DNA of 64,000 nt, taken from IMG/VR virus record IMGVR_UViG_2791355104_000001. The stretch is one strand, 5' to 3'. Source of the stretch: a virus (taxonomy: Duplodnaviria > Caudoviricetes). The position numbers and the translations under genes were made by a program. The notes beneath the pieces were generated by a model, which saw nothing but the letters and a program-made list of their open reading frames with translations, was not told where the DNA came from and did no database searches. Below are positions 35,809 to 44,372 of this stretch, piece after piece (the stretch's first letter is position 1; every line of letters starts with the position of its first letter).

Positions 35809-36894
35809 ATGCAAAACATTCGAACCGAAAATATTAATATTCACGTTATTGGTGTGGGAGGCTGTGGTGGCAATGCGGTAAGCAACATGGCCAGTCTTTG
35901 CTCACATGAAAATATCAGGTTTAGCTCTGTTAATACTGATATCGCTGCTTTGCATAGGTGTACAAATCATGAAGTGGTATTGATAGGTGAGGCGACAACA
36001 AAGGGATATGGAGCCGGTGCTGACCCGGATGTAGCTAGTAACGCCGCCATTCAGAGTAAAGATGCCTTAGTCACATTAATAAAAGATGCTGACCTTATTA
36101 TCATTATCGCTGGCCTGGGAGGTGGCACTGGAAGCGGTGCAACGCCAATCTTGATTGATTTAGCCAAAGAGAGTGATATCGATGTGATGTGCTTTGTTAC
36201 GCTTCCTTTCAAAGCTGAGGGAGGCAAGCGAAGCGACATTGCTAGAAACGCGCTTGAGACAATACAAAGCAAAGCTAACGCAACTCTCGTTATGTCTAAC
36301 GATTCATTGCTTTCTGCACTAGATGAAACCGTAGGGCTTCTCTCTGCATTTCGTCATTGTGACACTCAGATGCACAGAATTGTAGAAGCCATTATCGTAA
36401 TGCTCACGAACACGGGTTATATCAACGTCGACATTAACGATTTCAGTCACATTCTTTCTTTAGAAGGGGATACTGCGCTAGGTGTGGGTATAGCTGAAGA
36501 CGACAGTTCATTAAGCGCAGCATTAAAACATGCTTTGGAAAACCCGTTAGTCGACAAGCAAAACATAATTGGGGCGCAGGGTGTTATTGCGCAGCTTACG
36601 TGTAGAGAAGAGCCCAGCTTAGCAATGTATGAAGAAATGCTAGCGACACTCCAATCTTTAGTCGATGGCCCTCAAACTCTTATTATTACAGGCGTAACCT
36701 TATCTCCAGAATTACCACACTTTGGTGAAGTCTTAGTTATCGCCACAGGTGTGCCTTCTAAGGCTCAAAACTTCGAACAAGAGAAAAATGTGATACCCAT
36801 GAAGCAAGCATCTGTGCCGGGCTCATCAAAAAAAGATGCGGCATACTTGGATATACCTGCCTTTGTTAGGCTGCAGGGTAGGGAGTTATCTTAG
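35809..36894 (+). CDS. ftsZ: FtsZ paralogue (island-encoded tubulin-family GTPase, 361 aa)
   Basis: GVGGCGGNAV, GAGADPD, GLGGGTGSG, PFKAEG, T7 loop NVDINDF, C-terminal YLDIPAFVRLQ; start placed at ATG 35809. Confidence 0.93.
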   Translation: MQNIRTENINIHVIGVGGCGGNAVSNMASLCSHENIRFSSVNTDIAALHRCTNHEVVLIGEATTKGYGAGADPDVASNAAIQSKDALVTLIKDADLIIIIAGLGGGTGSGATPILIDLAKESDIDVMCFVTLPFKAEGGKRSDIARNALETIQSKANATLVMSNDSLLSALDETVGLLSAFRHCDTQMHRIVEAIIVMLTNTGYINVDINDFSHILSLEGDTALGVGIAEDDSSLSAALKHALENPLVDKQNIIGAQGVIAQLTCREEPSLAMYEEMLATLQSLVDGPQTLIITGVTLSPELPHFGEVLVIATGVPSKAQNFEQEKNVIPMKQASVPGSSKKDAAYLDIPAFVRLQGRELS

Positions 36895-37931
36895 TCTGAA
36901 GGCAATCGTCTATCTTGTACTACTTCTTGTTGGTAAGCGAAGAATAACCTTTCAGAAAGCTCAACAAAATACTGACGCAGTTTTTGAGGGGCGATGACCT
37001 CTATGTTGTCGCCCAAGCCCCTCAAAAACGCTCGTAATTTATTAGTATCTTTAACTGTCGCAGTCAGCAGAGATTTATCAGCCTGAATAGATTGCGTAAT
37101 TACCTGATCGTCACTCAGTCTGTAGCCGTGAAGTAAAAATAGAGATTTATTTTTAACCAATAGCTGAAGCTTAATGTCTTCTTTGTTGTTCGCTGACAAG
37201 GTTTGGATATTTTCCTGTTCACCAAACTCTTGTTGGCAGTCTTCATCTGTTACGGTAACGTTTCTAATAAACTGTAACGGCAACGCATAGCGTCTTTTGT
37301 GCAGCGAACCAAAAGTGCAGACAAAGAGTTGCCGGCCATCTTGTTTAACCAGCCCCATAGGATTAACTCTGTCGTAGTGCTTCCAAACCATTTCGTTTCC
37401 CCCACTAAAAATACGCTTAATATCGGCAGAAATTTGTTTTTTAAAGAAAATTGCACTTTTTAATCGTTCAAACGAAGTCGCATCTATTTCTGGAGGGATA
37501 AGCGGCTGGGAAACTTGCGAATCCGCCACTGATCTTAGCCAGTTTGTAAGTAAAGAGTCACTATCTTGCTCTAAGACCTGACTCGCTTTTGCAAAGTAAG
37601 GCTGCATTTCTTTAAGTGTAGAATTTGGCAGCGTGGCACCGGACTGTTCAAGCACTTTAAATGCTAGAGCGGTATTTCCATCCATCAAGCTTAAATTGAG
37701 CTTCTTAAAATAAGCGTTTATAAACCAGCCGTAGGGTTTCGAACGCTTATCAACGTCTAACCCAAATAGCCCAATATTTTCTAGGCTGACTAAGTCCCGC
37801 TGCACCGTGCGCATATCGATATTGTGATGGCCACAGTTTTGTAGATTTTCAAAAATTTGGCGGCTTGAAACTTTTCTAGGAGCAGAAGGCACAAATTGAA
37901 GAATGTCGAGCTTGCGTTGAAATGCACTCAT
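36891..37931 (-). CDS. wHTH-WYL-WCX transcriptional regulator (BrxR/DriD/PafBC-like)
   Basis: N-terminal wHTH ...IDMRTVQRDLVSLE; VNPMGLV...LFVC...RYALP WYL domain; LRAFLRGLGDNIEVIAPQKLR WCX. Confidence 0.9.
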   Translation of the reverse strand: MSAFQRKLDILQFVPSAPRKVSSRQIFENLQNCGHHNIDMRTVQRDLVSLENIGLFGLDVDKRSKPYGWFINAYFKKLNLSLMDGNTALAFKVLEQSGATLPNSTLKEMQPYFAKASQVLEQDSDSLLTNWLRSVADSQVSQPLIPPEIDATSFERLKSAIFFKKQISADIKRIFSGGNEMVWKHYDRVNPMGLVKQDGRQLFVCTFGSLHKRRYALPLQFIRNVTVTDEDCQQEFGEQENIQTLSANNKEDIKLQLLVKNKSLFLLHGYRLSDDQVITQSIQADKSLLTATVKDTNKLRAFLRGLGDNIEVIAPQKLRQYFVELSERLFFAYQQEVVQDRRLPSD

Positions 37932-37968
37932 TAGGGAGAACTGGCTTTTGCAATTATGACTTCACCAT

Positions 37969-38005
37969 AGCATAGGGACGGTATGCGACAAAAATTGTCG
38001 CATAC
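37969..38005 (-). promoter_or_regulatory. Perfect 11-bp inverted-repeat operator plus -10-like TATGCT upstream of the WYL gene
   Basis: Minus strand reads GTATGCGACAATTTTTGTCGCATAC-CGTCCC-TATGCT. Confidence 0.82.
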
Positions 38006-38079
38006 TGAAAAGCTTTTTGATTTATCGTCGATGTTACAAACCAAGGTTTAAAATCTAAACGTTGATTGATGGGAAAGGC

Positions 38080-38586
38080 TCAATCATCATTTTTAAGAGC
38101 GGATAAGATGGACGCTGGGAACTGTGAGCCAAGCGCATTACTAAGATAAAAAGCAGCGGCAATGGGCATTTCATACAGGTATGACTGTGTGACGTTATTT
38201 TCTTTGTTAAATAGTAGTGGGGTACACTGTTTGTTGTAATTGAGGATAAAGTCGTCTTTAAATTCTTCCGTGCTTACAGGCGTCTGCAATAAACGAATAT
38301 TTATATCAATCTTGTTGCCCAAATAATTAGGGTTGGTTGGTTTACGCGTTCCTGGGATTTCACTGTCATACATCGCGGATGTCGCAGTTGCTACGCCTAC
38401 AATGTGCTGTTTGCGGTGCATAAAGACAATATCACCGGGAGAGACTTTTTTAAGCTGCTCCCATCCTGGTCTTTTAAAAGTAATCCCATCTTTACGCACA
38501 CCGAGTTTTGGTGCCCATAAAAAGCTTCCGTCTACGACTTCCTTGTAGCTGCTGTTTACGTTAACCCAAAACACTCTTTTCATCAC
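38080..38586 (-). CDS. Stand-alone EVE/PUA-like (modified-DNA reader type) domain protein
   Basis: FWVNV...FLWAPK...WEQLKKVSPGDIVFMH...IVGVATATS pattern. Confidence 0.6.
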   Translation of the reverse strand: MMKRVFWVNVNSSYKEVVDGSFLWAPKLGVRKDGITFKRPGWEQLKKVSPGDIVFMHRKQHIVGVATATSAMYDSEIPGTRKPTNPNYLGNKIDINIRLLQTPVSTEEFKDDFILNYNKQCTPLLFNKENNVTQSYLYEMPIAAAFYLSNALGSQFPASILSALKNDD

Positions 38587-38671
38587 ATTACCTGCTTACT
38601 TAAAATCAAAGTTCGATTAGCCGACACACGCGGCGATTAATGACAGTTAGTCGGTTCTTTACTGTCTGTTT

Positions 38672-39373
38672 TTAAAAGCCGTCAAAGTCGCTAACGCGGG
38701 CCAAACTATGGCAAAAGTTTGACAATCTGGATGATTCAGATTGAGTCAAATCTGCGGGCAATGCAATGTCAATGGGTGTTTGCGCGTCTAAATAAAACGT
38801 TAAATCAATTTCGTCTGCGCTCAATTCATCTGGTTCATCGTCTTCAGACATAACCGCAGAGTTTATTAAGTCAGAAAGTCTTCTTGCTTGCGATTCGGTA
38901 AATTTAAAAGGCAACTCGATATTGAAATCATAGTGACGCCTTAAAAGGAGAGAATGGCTGTACCAGTCGTTGTCATGCACATCGTCGGTTTCAACAGTCG
39001 GCTCTGGTGATGTTTCGGCTTGCACGTCACGATACGAATCTTCTTGGCTTTGGTTGTCGGGGTAAAGTGCTATCTCAGCTAAATCCAGCATGTCGTAAAA
39101 AAACTTAAATCTTGCTACATTGCTCCGCGAGCCTTTAATGCGTTTACCGCAGTTGCATCCTTCTAGTTTGCCAAGCGCTTTCCAAAGTGAGCGGTTAGTG
39201 GGCTCATTGTAAAGTCCTCTGGCATTCATGTATTTGGCAATATTCTTTAGCGTGATTTCAGAGCGATTCGTTTGGTATTGCTCTGATAGCGTTGTAAAAA
39301 AGTTATGCAAAATAGATTCTTCTGCGACGATACACTGTAAAAGTTCTTTGTTTAGATTGGGATAATCTGACAT
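38672..39373 (-). CDS. Hypothetical protein with a duplicated C-terminal motif
   Basis: GGAG RBS before ATG 39373; two copies of I-x-LP-x-x-(F/L)T-x-S-(Q/E)-x-x-RLS. Confidence 0.7.
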   Translation of the reverse strand: MSDYPNLNKELLQCIVAEESILHNFFTTLSEQYQTNRSEITLKNIAKYMNARGLYNEPTNRSLWKALGKLEGCNCGKRIKGSRSNVARFKFFYDMLDLAEIALYPDNQSQEDSYRDVQAETSPEPTVETDDVHDNDWYSHSLLLRRHYDFNIELPFKFTESQARRLSDLINSAVMSEDDEPDELSADEIDLTFYLDAQTPIDIALPADLTQSESSRLSNFCHSLARVSDFDGF

Positions 39374-39390
39374 GGTTGTCTCCAACTTAA

Positions 39391-40041
39391 TTAATCTTCA
39401 GCGCTAACGAAATTTCTTAATGCATCCAACCCATCGTCGTTGTTTTCATCAACGGTGAGTTCGTCAGTAATTAACTTAACATCGTAGATCTCGCATAAGA
39501 ATTGGTGCCAAGTACTTGCTGTGTAAGCTTCGAACTTCTCGGGTACATCTTCATCTGCATTTATTTCATTTGCATAGGCATTAATAACCTCATCTACCCA
39601 AAATGGAACACGTACAATAGTCTCAAAGCTATCTTTGAAAATCGTGGCCATAGGAGCAATCTCTAACTTGCTTGTTTGCTTGTTGAGTGCGCCAACTCGA
39701 TTGGATATTTGACGTTCGTTGATTTTGAGTTTCTTTTCCTCATACCAGTGTTTGATATCTGAAAAGCTTGCATAGGAATACACATCCTCACGTTGAGCGT
39801 ACTCTTTGGCTGTACTCAAAACCGCGACAATTAGCAAAATTCCATGCTGATTAAATTGTTTCATCGCGTTCACGATTTTTTGCTTTTTCTTATCGTCATC
39901 AATATTGAGACTCACTGAAGTAGCTTGCGATACAGAGTTCTCTGCTGGTAAAGCCGATGTATTGAAAACTTTCTGATAAAAGAGGGCGACCTCATCAGCA
40001 TCGCCAGTGACTTCGATAGTCATTTTTGCGGTTATTGCCAC
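39391..40041 (-). CDS. Hypothetical protein
   Basis: AAGGAG RBS with GTG start; 216 aa. Confidence 0.7.
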   Translation of the reverse strand: MAITAKMTIEVTGDADEVALFYQKVFNTSALPAENSVSQATSVSLNIDDDKKKQKIVNAMKQFNQHGILLIVAVLSTAKEYAQREDVYSYASFSDIKHWYEEKKLKINERQISNRVGALNKQTSKLEIAPMATIFKDSFETIVRVPFWVDEVINAYANEINADEDVPEKFEAYTASTWHQFLCEIYDVKLITDELTVDENNDDGLDALRNFVSAED

Positions 40042-40279
40042 GTAATTAGACTCCTTTGTTCCACGTATTTGTTTAACGAAGTTTACGTAGGTGAATATAC
40101 ACTAAAAGCACAATTTTTGATACATATTTGAATTCAATTTTGGATGTTTTATTGTGTTTAGTTTCGCTGTGTGAAATTATAAACCAAACTGGTAGGTGGG
40201 CTGCGACCTTTAAACTGGTGGTTACACAAAGGTGTGTCAATTGAGTTGGTAATTGAGTTGCATTTTGAAAGCGGCTGTT

Positions 40280-40885
40280 CTATAAAACTCTAAACTCACC
40301 AAGCCATTTTTTTCTGATTACGAAAATATCTTCTGACGTAAAGTTATACGGTTTCGATGGCCCAGGGTTTCTAGAGCTGTCAATAGTAAGCTCGTAAAGT
40401 GGAATGATACTTTTTTCGTTATCGGAATCGAGCATATGTAAGCCTTTGTCAGAAACGTTCTTAACAACTGACCAATGGCCCCCTGTCTGATGGTCGTAGC
40501 CGACAATGCAAACACAGTTTTTTGCGTTATCGGCTTGAGCTATCTGCTCAAGTACTTGTTTTCTATTGCGCGACGTGTCGTTTAACCAATATGGAATAGA
40601 AAAGTCAAATTCATAGAGTTCTTGAGTTTTATCATGGTACATATCGAAATGGGAATTAAGGTAGTCTAGCACTCGGCTTAGCGTATTCTTTATGGTCCCT
40701 CGTCTAGTACCATTAAAATAACTCATATAATCGCCATCTCTTAGGAATGCGGCCAGTACTTGACTAAAAAGTTCAGGCTTATCAAGGCTGGGCTCAAGTG
40801 CGTGGATAGCGTTAACAATGGCATAGAAGCCGCAGGCACCATCTAGCTCTCCTTGCTTGGCTGGTTTTATTCTTTGTAAGCTCAT
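40280..40885 (-). CDS. Papain-fold cysteine peptidase (C39/Josephin-like)
   Basis: QGELDGACGFYAIVNA (Q, C), GGHWSVV (H), LDSD (D). Confidence 0.65.
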   Translation of the reverse strand: MSLQRIKPAKQGELDGACGFYAIVNAIHALEPSLDKPELFSQVLAAFLRDGDYMSYFNGTRRGTIKNTLSRVLDYLNSHFDMYHDKTQELYEFDFSIPYWLNDTSRNRKQVLEQIAQADNAKNCVCIVGYDHQTGGHWSVVKNVSDKGLHMLDSDNEKSIIPLYELTIDSSRNPGPSKPYNFTSEDIFVIRKKWLGEFRVL

Positions 40886-41147
40886 AAGTAATATCCTTAT
40901 TTCGACAGAAAACTGGTTTTAATTGTATAGGCCTCTTCAAGGCTATAACTATAACCATCATTGCCATATTGTACTTTTATATATAGCTCAGAGACTTAAC
41001 GCTTTAATGCTATACTTTAGTCTAGTATAAAAATGGCTGTCCAATTATAATTTAGTTAAATCAAAGAAATTGAACACTTAATTTTTCAACAGTATTCAAA
41101 TCTTATCGAGTCATTCTGCAAGTGCGTGAAACCAGGGATGGAGTTGT

Positions 41148-44100
41148 ATGACGGACTATAGTAAAGCGAGACAGAGCTTAGTTAGCTGGGTAAAAGATAC
41201 ACTAACGGGCAATGTTTTGAAGGATAACACCTTATGGGAGTCTAATCCTTTTAATTGCTATACAACCGGAATTCTCTACCCAGTGGGTACAGTTTATGAA
41301 TCAGATGACGATGAGCAGTCTGAAGATGAAGACAGTGAAGCCTCAATGGCAAGCGGTGCTAAAAGAGTCCGCTATCAACCCCCATCTTCTATGGGCTTTT
41401 CTTTTTATGTAGATCAAACAACTCAATCAATCCGTGTTTTTTATAGCGGTTTCTCCTTTACTAAAGCTGGAAAACAAAACAACCGTCAGGCGTGGGAGAA
41501 AAATTCACTGGTCCCTGATGAGGGAGAAGAAATAGAGATAGCCCTAGCTGAATCTTCACGCTTCACTGTAATGAACTCAAGAGCCCTTGTAAATGTAAAG
41601 ATAAGGCCCCACGGAACAGGAAAAATAGTCACTGTTTCATTGAGCAATATCAGCTCCCAACCAAAGGAAGAAAAAGAATCGGAAAGAGATGCGACAGCGA
41701 AAAATTCGATTTTTCAAGCTGAGCTTAAGTGTTTCATAAGTAGTGATTCTCTCAAAGATTACCCTAGGGTTAGCCATGCATTACTGAGTGAAGAAGAGCA
41801 AGAGTTAGAGCTACGTTATAAAGATGAACGCGTATATGCAATTGGTCATGGTGTTGCAGTAGATTGGCGAGTAGGGGAGAAAACGACAGAGTTTTTTAGT
41901 GACTTCATGCCAACCGTCGAAGTTCCACAGGTTACTGCCAACGCAGGTAAAGCTAACAAAGTACTAAGCTTTTCATTCTTAGAGTCTATCGAGTCTGATA
42001 GGTCGGTTTTTAACCAGTTGAGCGACTTTATCGATAACTACGAAGACTGGATAGATAGTCAAATTGAATCAGCAGAAACAGGAACAAGTGAAGAGGTAAA
42101 GGTCGCTAAGCGCATTGTTGAGCGTATGGAAGAAGCTAAACAGCGTATGAGAAGCGGTGTATCGAGATTACGTAACGATGACTACGCTCAAAAAGCATTT
42201 GCGCAAGCAAATAAAGCAATGCTTATGCAAATGGAGCTAAATGGCCCACCAAAGAATGGCGAACCTTATTCGTGGCGGCCATTCCAGTTAGCATTTGTTT
42301 TGTTAGCGCTTGAGTCCTCCATTGATGAAGATAATGACTTTAGAGACTGTGTTGACTTGATATGGTTTCCAACCGGTGGGGGAAAGACTGAAGCATACTT
42401 AGGCGTCATGGCGTTGGTTTTTGTTTACCGTCGTCTCAGGTACAAAAATAGCGGTGGAGGCACTGCCGCTATTATGCGCTACACGTTGCGATTACTAACA
42501 TCACAACAATTCATTCGCGCATGTAAAGTAGTATCTGCTTTAGAAATTATGCGAACAGAGTCAGGTGAGTTAGGCGAAGAGCCTTTTAGTGTAGGTCTTT
42601 GGCTTGGCAGTGCTTCATCACCGAATACCTTCAAGCAATCTTTAGAAGTTCTAGATAATCGGAACTATAGCAAGTTTGTTCTACAGGAATGCCCGTGGTG
42701 CTCTACACCATTCTCACATGATAATTTCAGCATTTCAGAAAGCAGCTTCTCATTTAAGTGTCACCACAAAGGTTGCGAATTAGCCAACGCTACAGGAAAT
42801 ACTCTTCCTTTCAAAGTGGTCGATGAAGCGCTGTATGCTTCACCGCCAACCCTCCTTATTGCAACGGTAGACAAGTTTGCTCGACTACCTTGGGAAGACA
42901 GAGCTGTTTCCTTTTTTGGCGGAGCAATAAATAGGCCGCCAGAATTAGTAATTCAGGATGAGCTACATCTTATTTCTGGGGCGCTCGGGTCTATAGTAGG
43001 TTTATATGAAGTTGGTTTTGAAACCATCTTGGTATCGCGAGGTGTTTATCCAAAATTCATAGCCTCTACAGCGACAATCAGACAAGCCAAAGAACAGGTG
43101 CAAGCCTTATTCGGAAGGGAGAAGTCGGCTGTGTTTCCTCCTGTAGGAATTAGGCAGAAGGATTCTTATTTTGCAAAAGAAGTTCCCATAGCAGAAAAGC
43201 CTGGAAGGCTTTACGTGGGATATATGGCATTCGGGCAAACGCGCACTAGCTGTCTTGAGCATCTGGCTGCTGCACTTGTATCAGCACCTAACGCCTGCTT
43301 TGAAGATCCTGAACTTAAAGACGCATGGTGGACCCAAATGGTCTATCACGGCAGCTTAAAAGGCGTGGGAAACAGCAGGACGAACTTTCAAAGTGGTGTA
43401 CCAAAAGTTCAAAGTAGCATGTTGTTCAACGAATTTATGAAGCAACTTGAGCAAACAGATCTCTCTGCTGCGAATAGCTTAAGACATGATAAGGGCGCCA
43501 GAAGTAGCGCGTTTTTTAACGGTGTAGTTCCAAAAACTTTGCTAGGCAATAAAGACAATGTGGAGCTCTTTCAACGATTCTTTCCCGCTAGGCAGTTGAG
43601 GGTGAAGTCGTTGACTAGCAACCAAACAGCAGAAGAGAATGCTCAAGTTTTCCAAGATCTCAAAGCAAGTTATGAAAACAAAGCACATTCTATAGATTCT
43701 GTATTAGCTACAAATATGGTGTCGGTAGGCTTAGATGAACCAAGGCTAGCGTTAATGGTAATAAATGGCCAGCCTTTGACGACAGCCGAATATATTCAGG
43801 CCAGCAGTCGCGTAGGTAGAGGCAATACACCAGGAATTGTTTTCACAAACTATTATAAAACCCAAGCCCGAAGTCTCTCTCATTATGAAAATTTTAGGGC
43901 TTACCATAAGTCGTTTTATCGTTATGTAGAGCCATCAAGCATTACTCCTTTTACACATCAAGTTAGAAAAAGAGCACTTCATGCGTCTTTAGTATCGGCA
44001 TTTCGACATGCCGAAGGTGGCTTACTAAAAAACTCTGATGCGCAAGAACTTACTTATGATAACCCCTTAACACAAAAAATTATTCGATTGATGAAAACTA

Positions 44101-44372
44101 GAATTAAAAGTGCATTAGTGGGGGATAAAACCGAAACAAAACTATTGTTGGAAGAGTGCGAGGAGCACATCGCTCGTCTTATTCGCGAATGGGATAAAGA
44201 GGCATCTTCAGCAACGAACTTAAGATACCTCGCTAAGGACAAGTCTGCTGAAAGTTTATTGGTGTCTTTTGATGATGCTAAAACCAAAACTGGGCTTTGG
44301 GAGACGTTAAACTCCATGAGAAATGTAGAAAAAACAGGTCTCTTTGAGGTGGATGGGGGGCTTGATTTTTGA
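41148..44372 (+). CDS. drmA: DISARM DrmA-like SF2 helicase
   Basis: WFPTGGGKTEAYLG, YTLRLLTSQQF, IQDELHL, ASTAT, EYIQASSRVGR; followed by a DUF1998 gene. Confidence 0.85.
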   Translation: MTDYSKARQSLVSWVKDTLTGNVLKDNTLWESNPFNCYTTGILYPVGTVYESDDDEQSEDEDSEASMASGAKRVRYQPPSSMGFSFYVDQTTQSIRVFYSGFSFTKAGKQNNRQAWEKNSLVPDEGEEIEIALAESSRFTVMNSRALVNVKIRPHGTGKIVTVSLSNISSQPKEEKESERDATAKNSIFQAELKCFISSDSLKDYPRVSHALLSEEEQELELRYKDERVYAIGHGVAVDWRVGEKTTEFFSDFMPTVEVPQVTANAGKANKVLSFSFLESIESDRSVFNQLSDFIDNYEDWIDSQIESAETGTSEEVKVAKRIVERMEEAKQRMRSGVSRLRNDDYAQKAFAQANKAMLMQMELNGPPKNGEPYSWRPFQLAFVLLALESSIDEDNDFRDCVDLIWFPTGGGKTEAYLGVMALVFVYRRLRYKNSGGGTAAIMRYTLRLLTSQQFIRACKVVSALEIMRTESGELGEEPFSVGLWLGSASSPNTFKQSLEVLDNRNYSKFVLQECPWCSTPFSHDNFSISESSFSFKCHHKGCELANATGNTLPFKVVDEALYASPPTLLIATVDKFARLPWEDRAVSFFGGAINRPPELVIQDELHLISGALGSIVGLYEVGFETILVSRGVYPKFIASTATIRQAKEQVQALFGREKSAVFPPVGIRQKDSYFAKEVPIAEKPGRLYVGYMAFGQTRTSCLEHLAAALVSAPNACFEDPELKDAWWTQMVYHGSLKGVGNSRTNFQSGVPKVQSSMLFNEFMKQLEQTDLSAANSLRHDKGARSSAFFNGVVPKTLLGNKDNVELFQRFFPARQLRVKSLTSNQTAEENAQVFQDLKASYENKAHSIDSVLATNMVSVGLDEPRLALMVINGQPLTTAEYIQASSRVGRGNTPGIVFTNYYKTQARSLSHYENFRAYHKSFYRYVEPSSITPFTHQVRKRALHASLVSAFRHAEGGLLKNSDAQELTYDNPLTQKIIRLMKTRIKSALVGDKTETKLLLEECEEHIARLIREWDKEASSATNLRYLAKDKSAESLLVSFDDAKTKTGLWETLNSMRNVEKTGLFEVDGGLDF

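Noticed and set aside
35809-36894. Host chromosomal ftsZ
   Set aside because: No ftsQ/ftsA/lpxC context, strongly diverged sequence, and located inside an integrase island.
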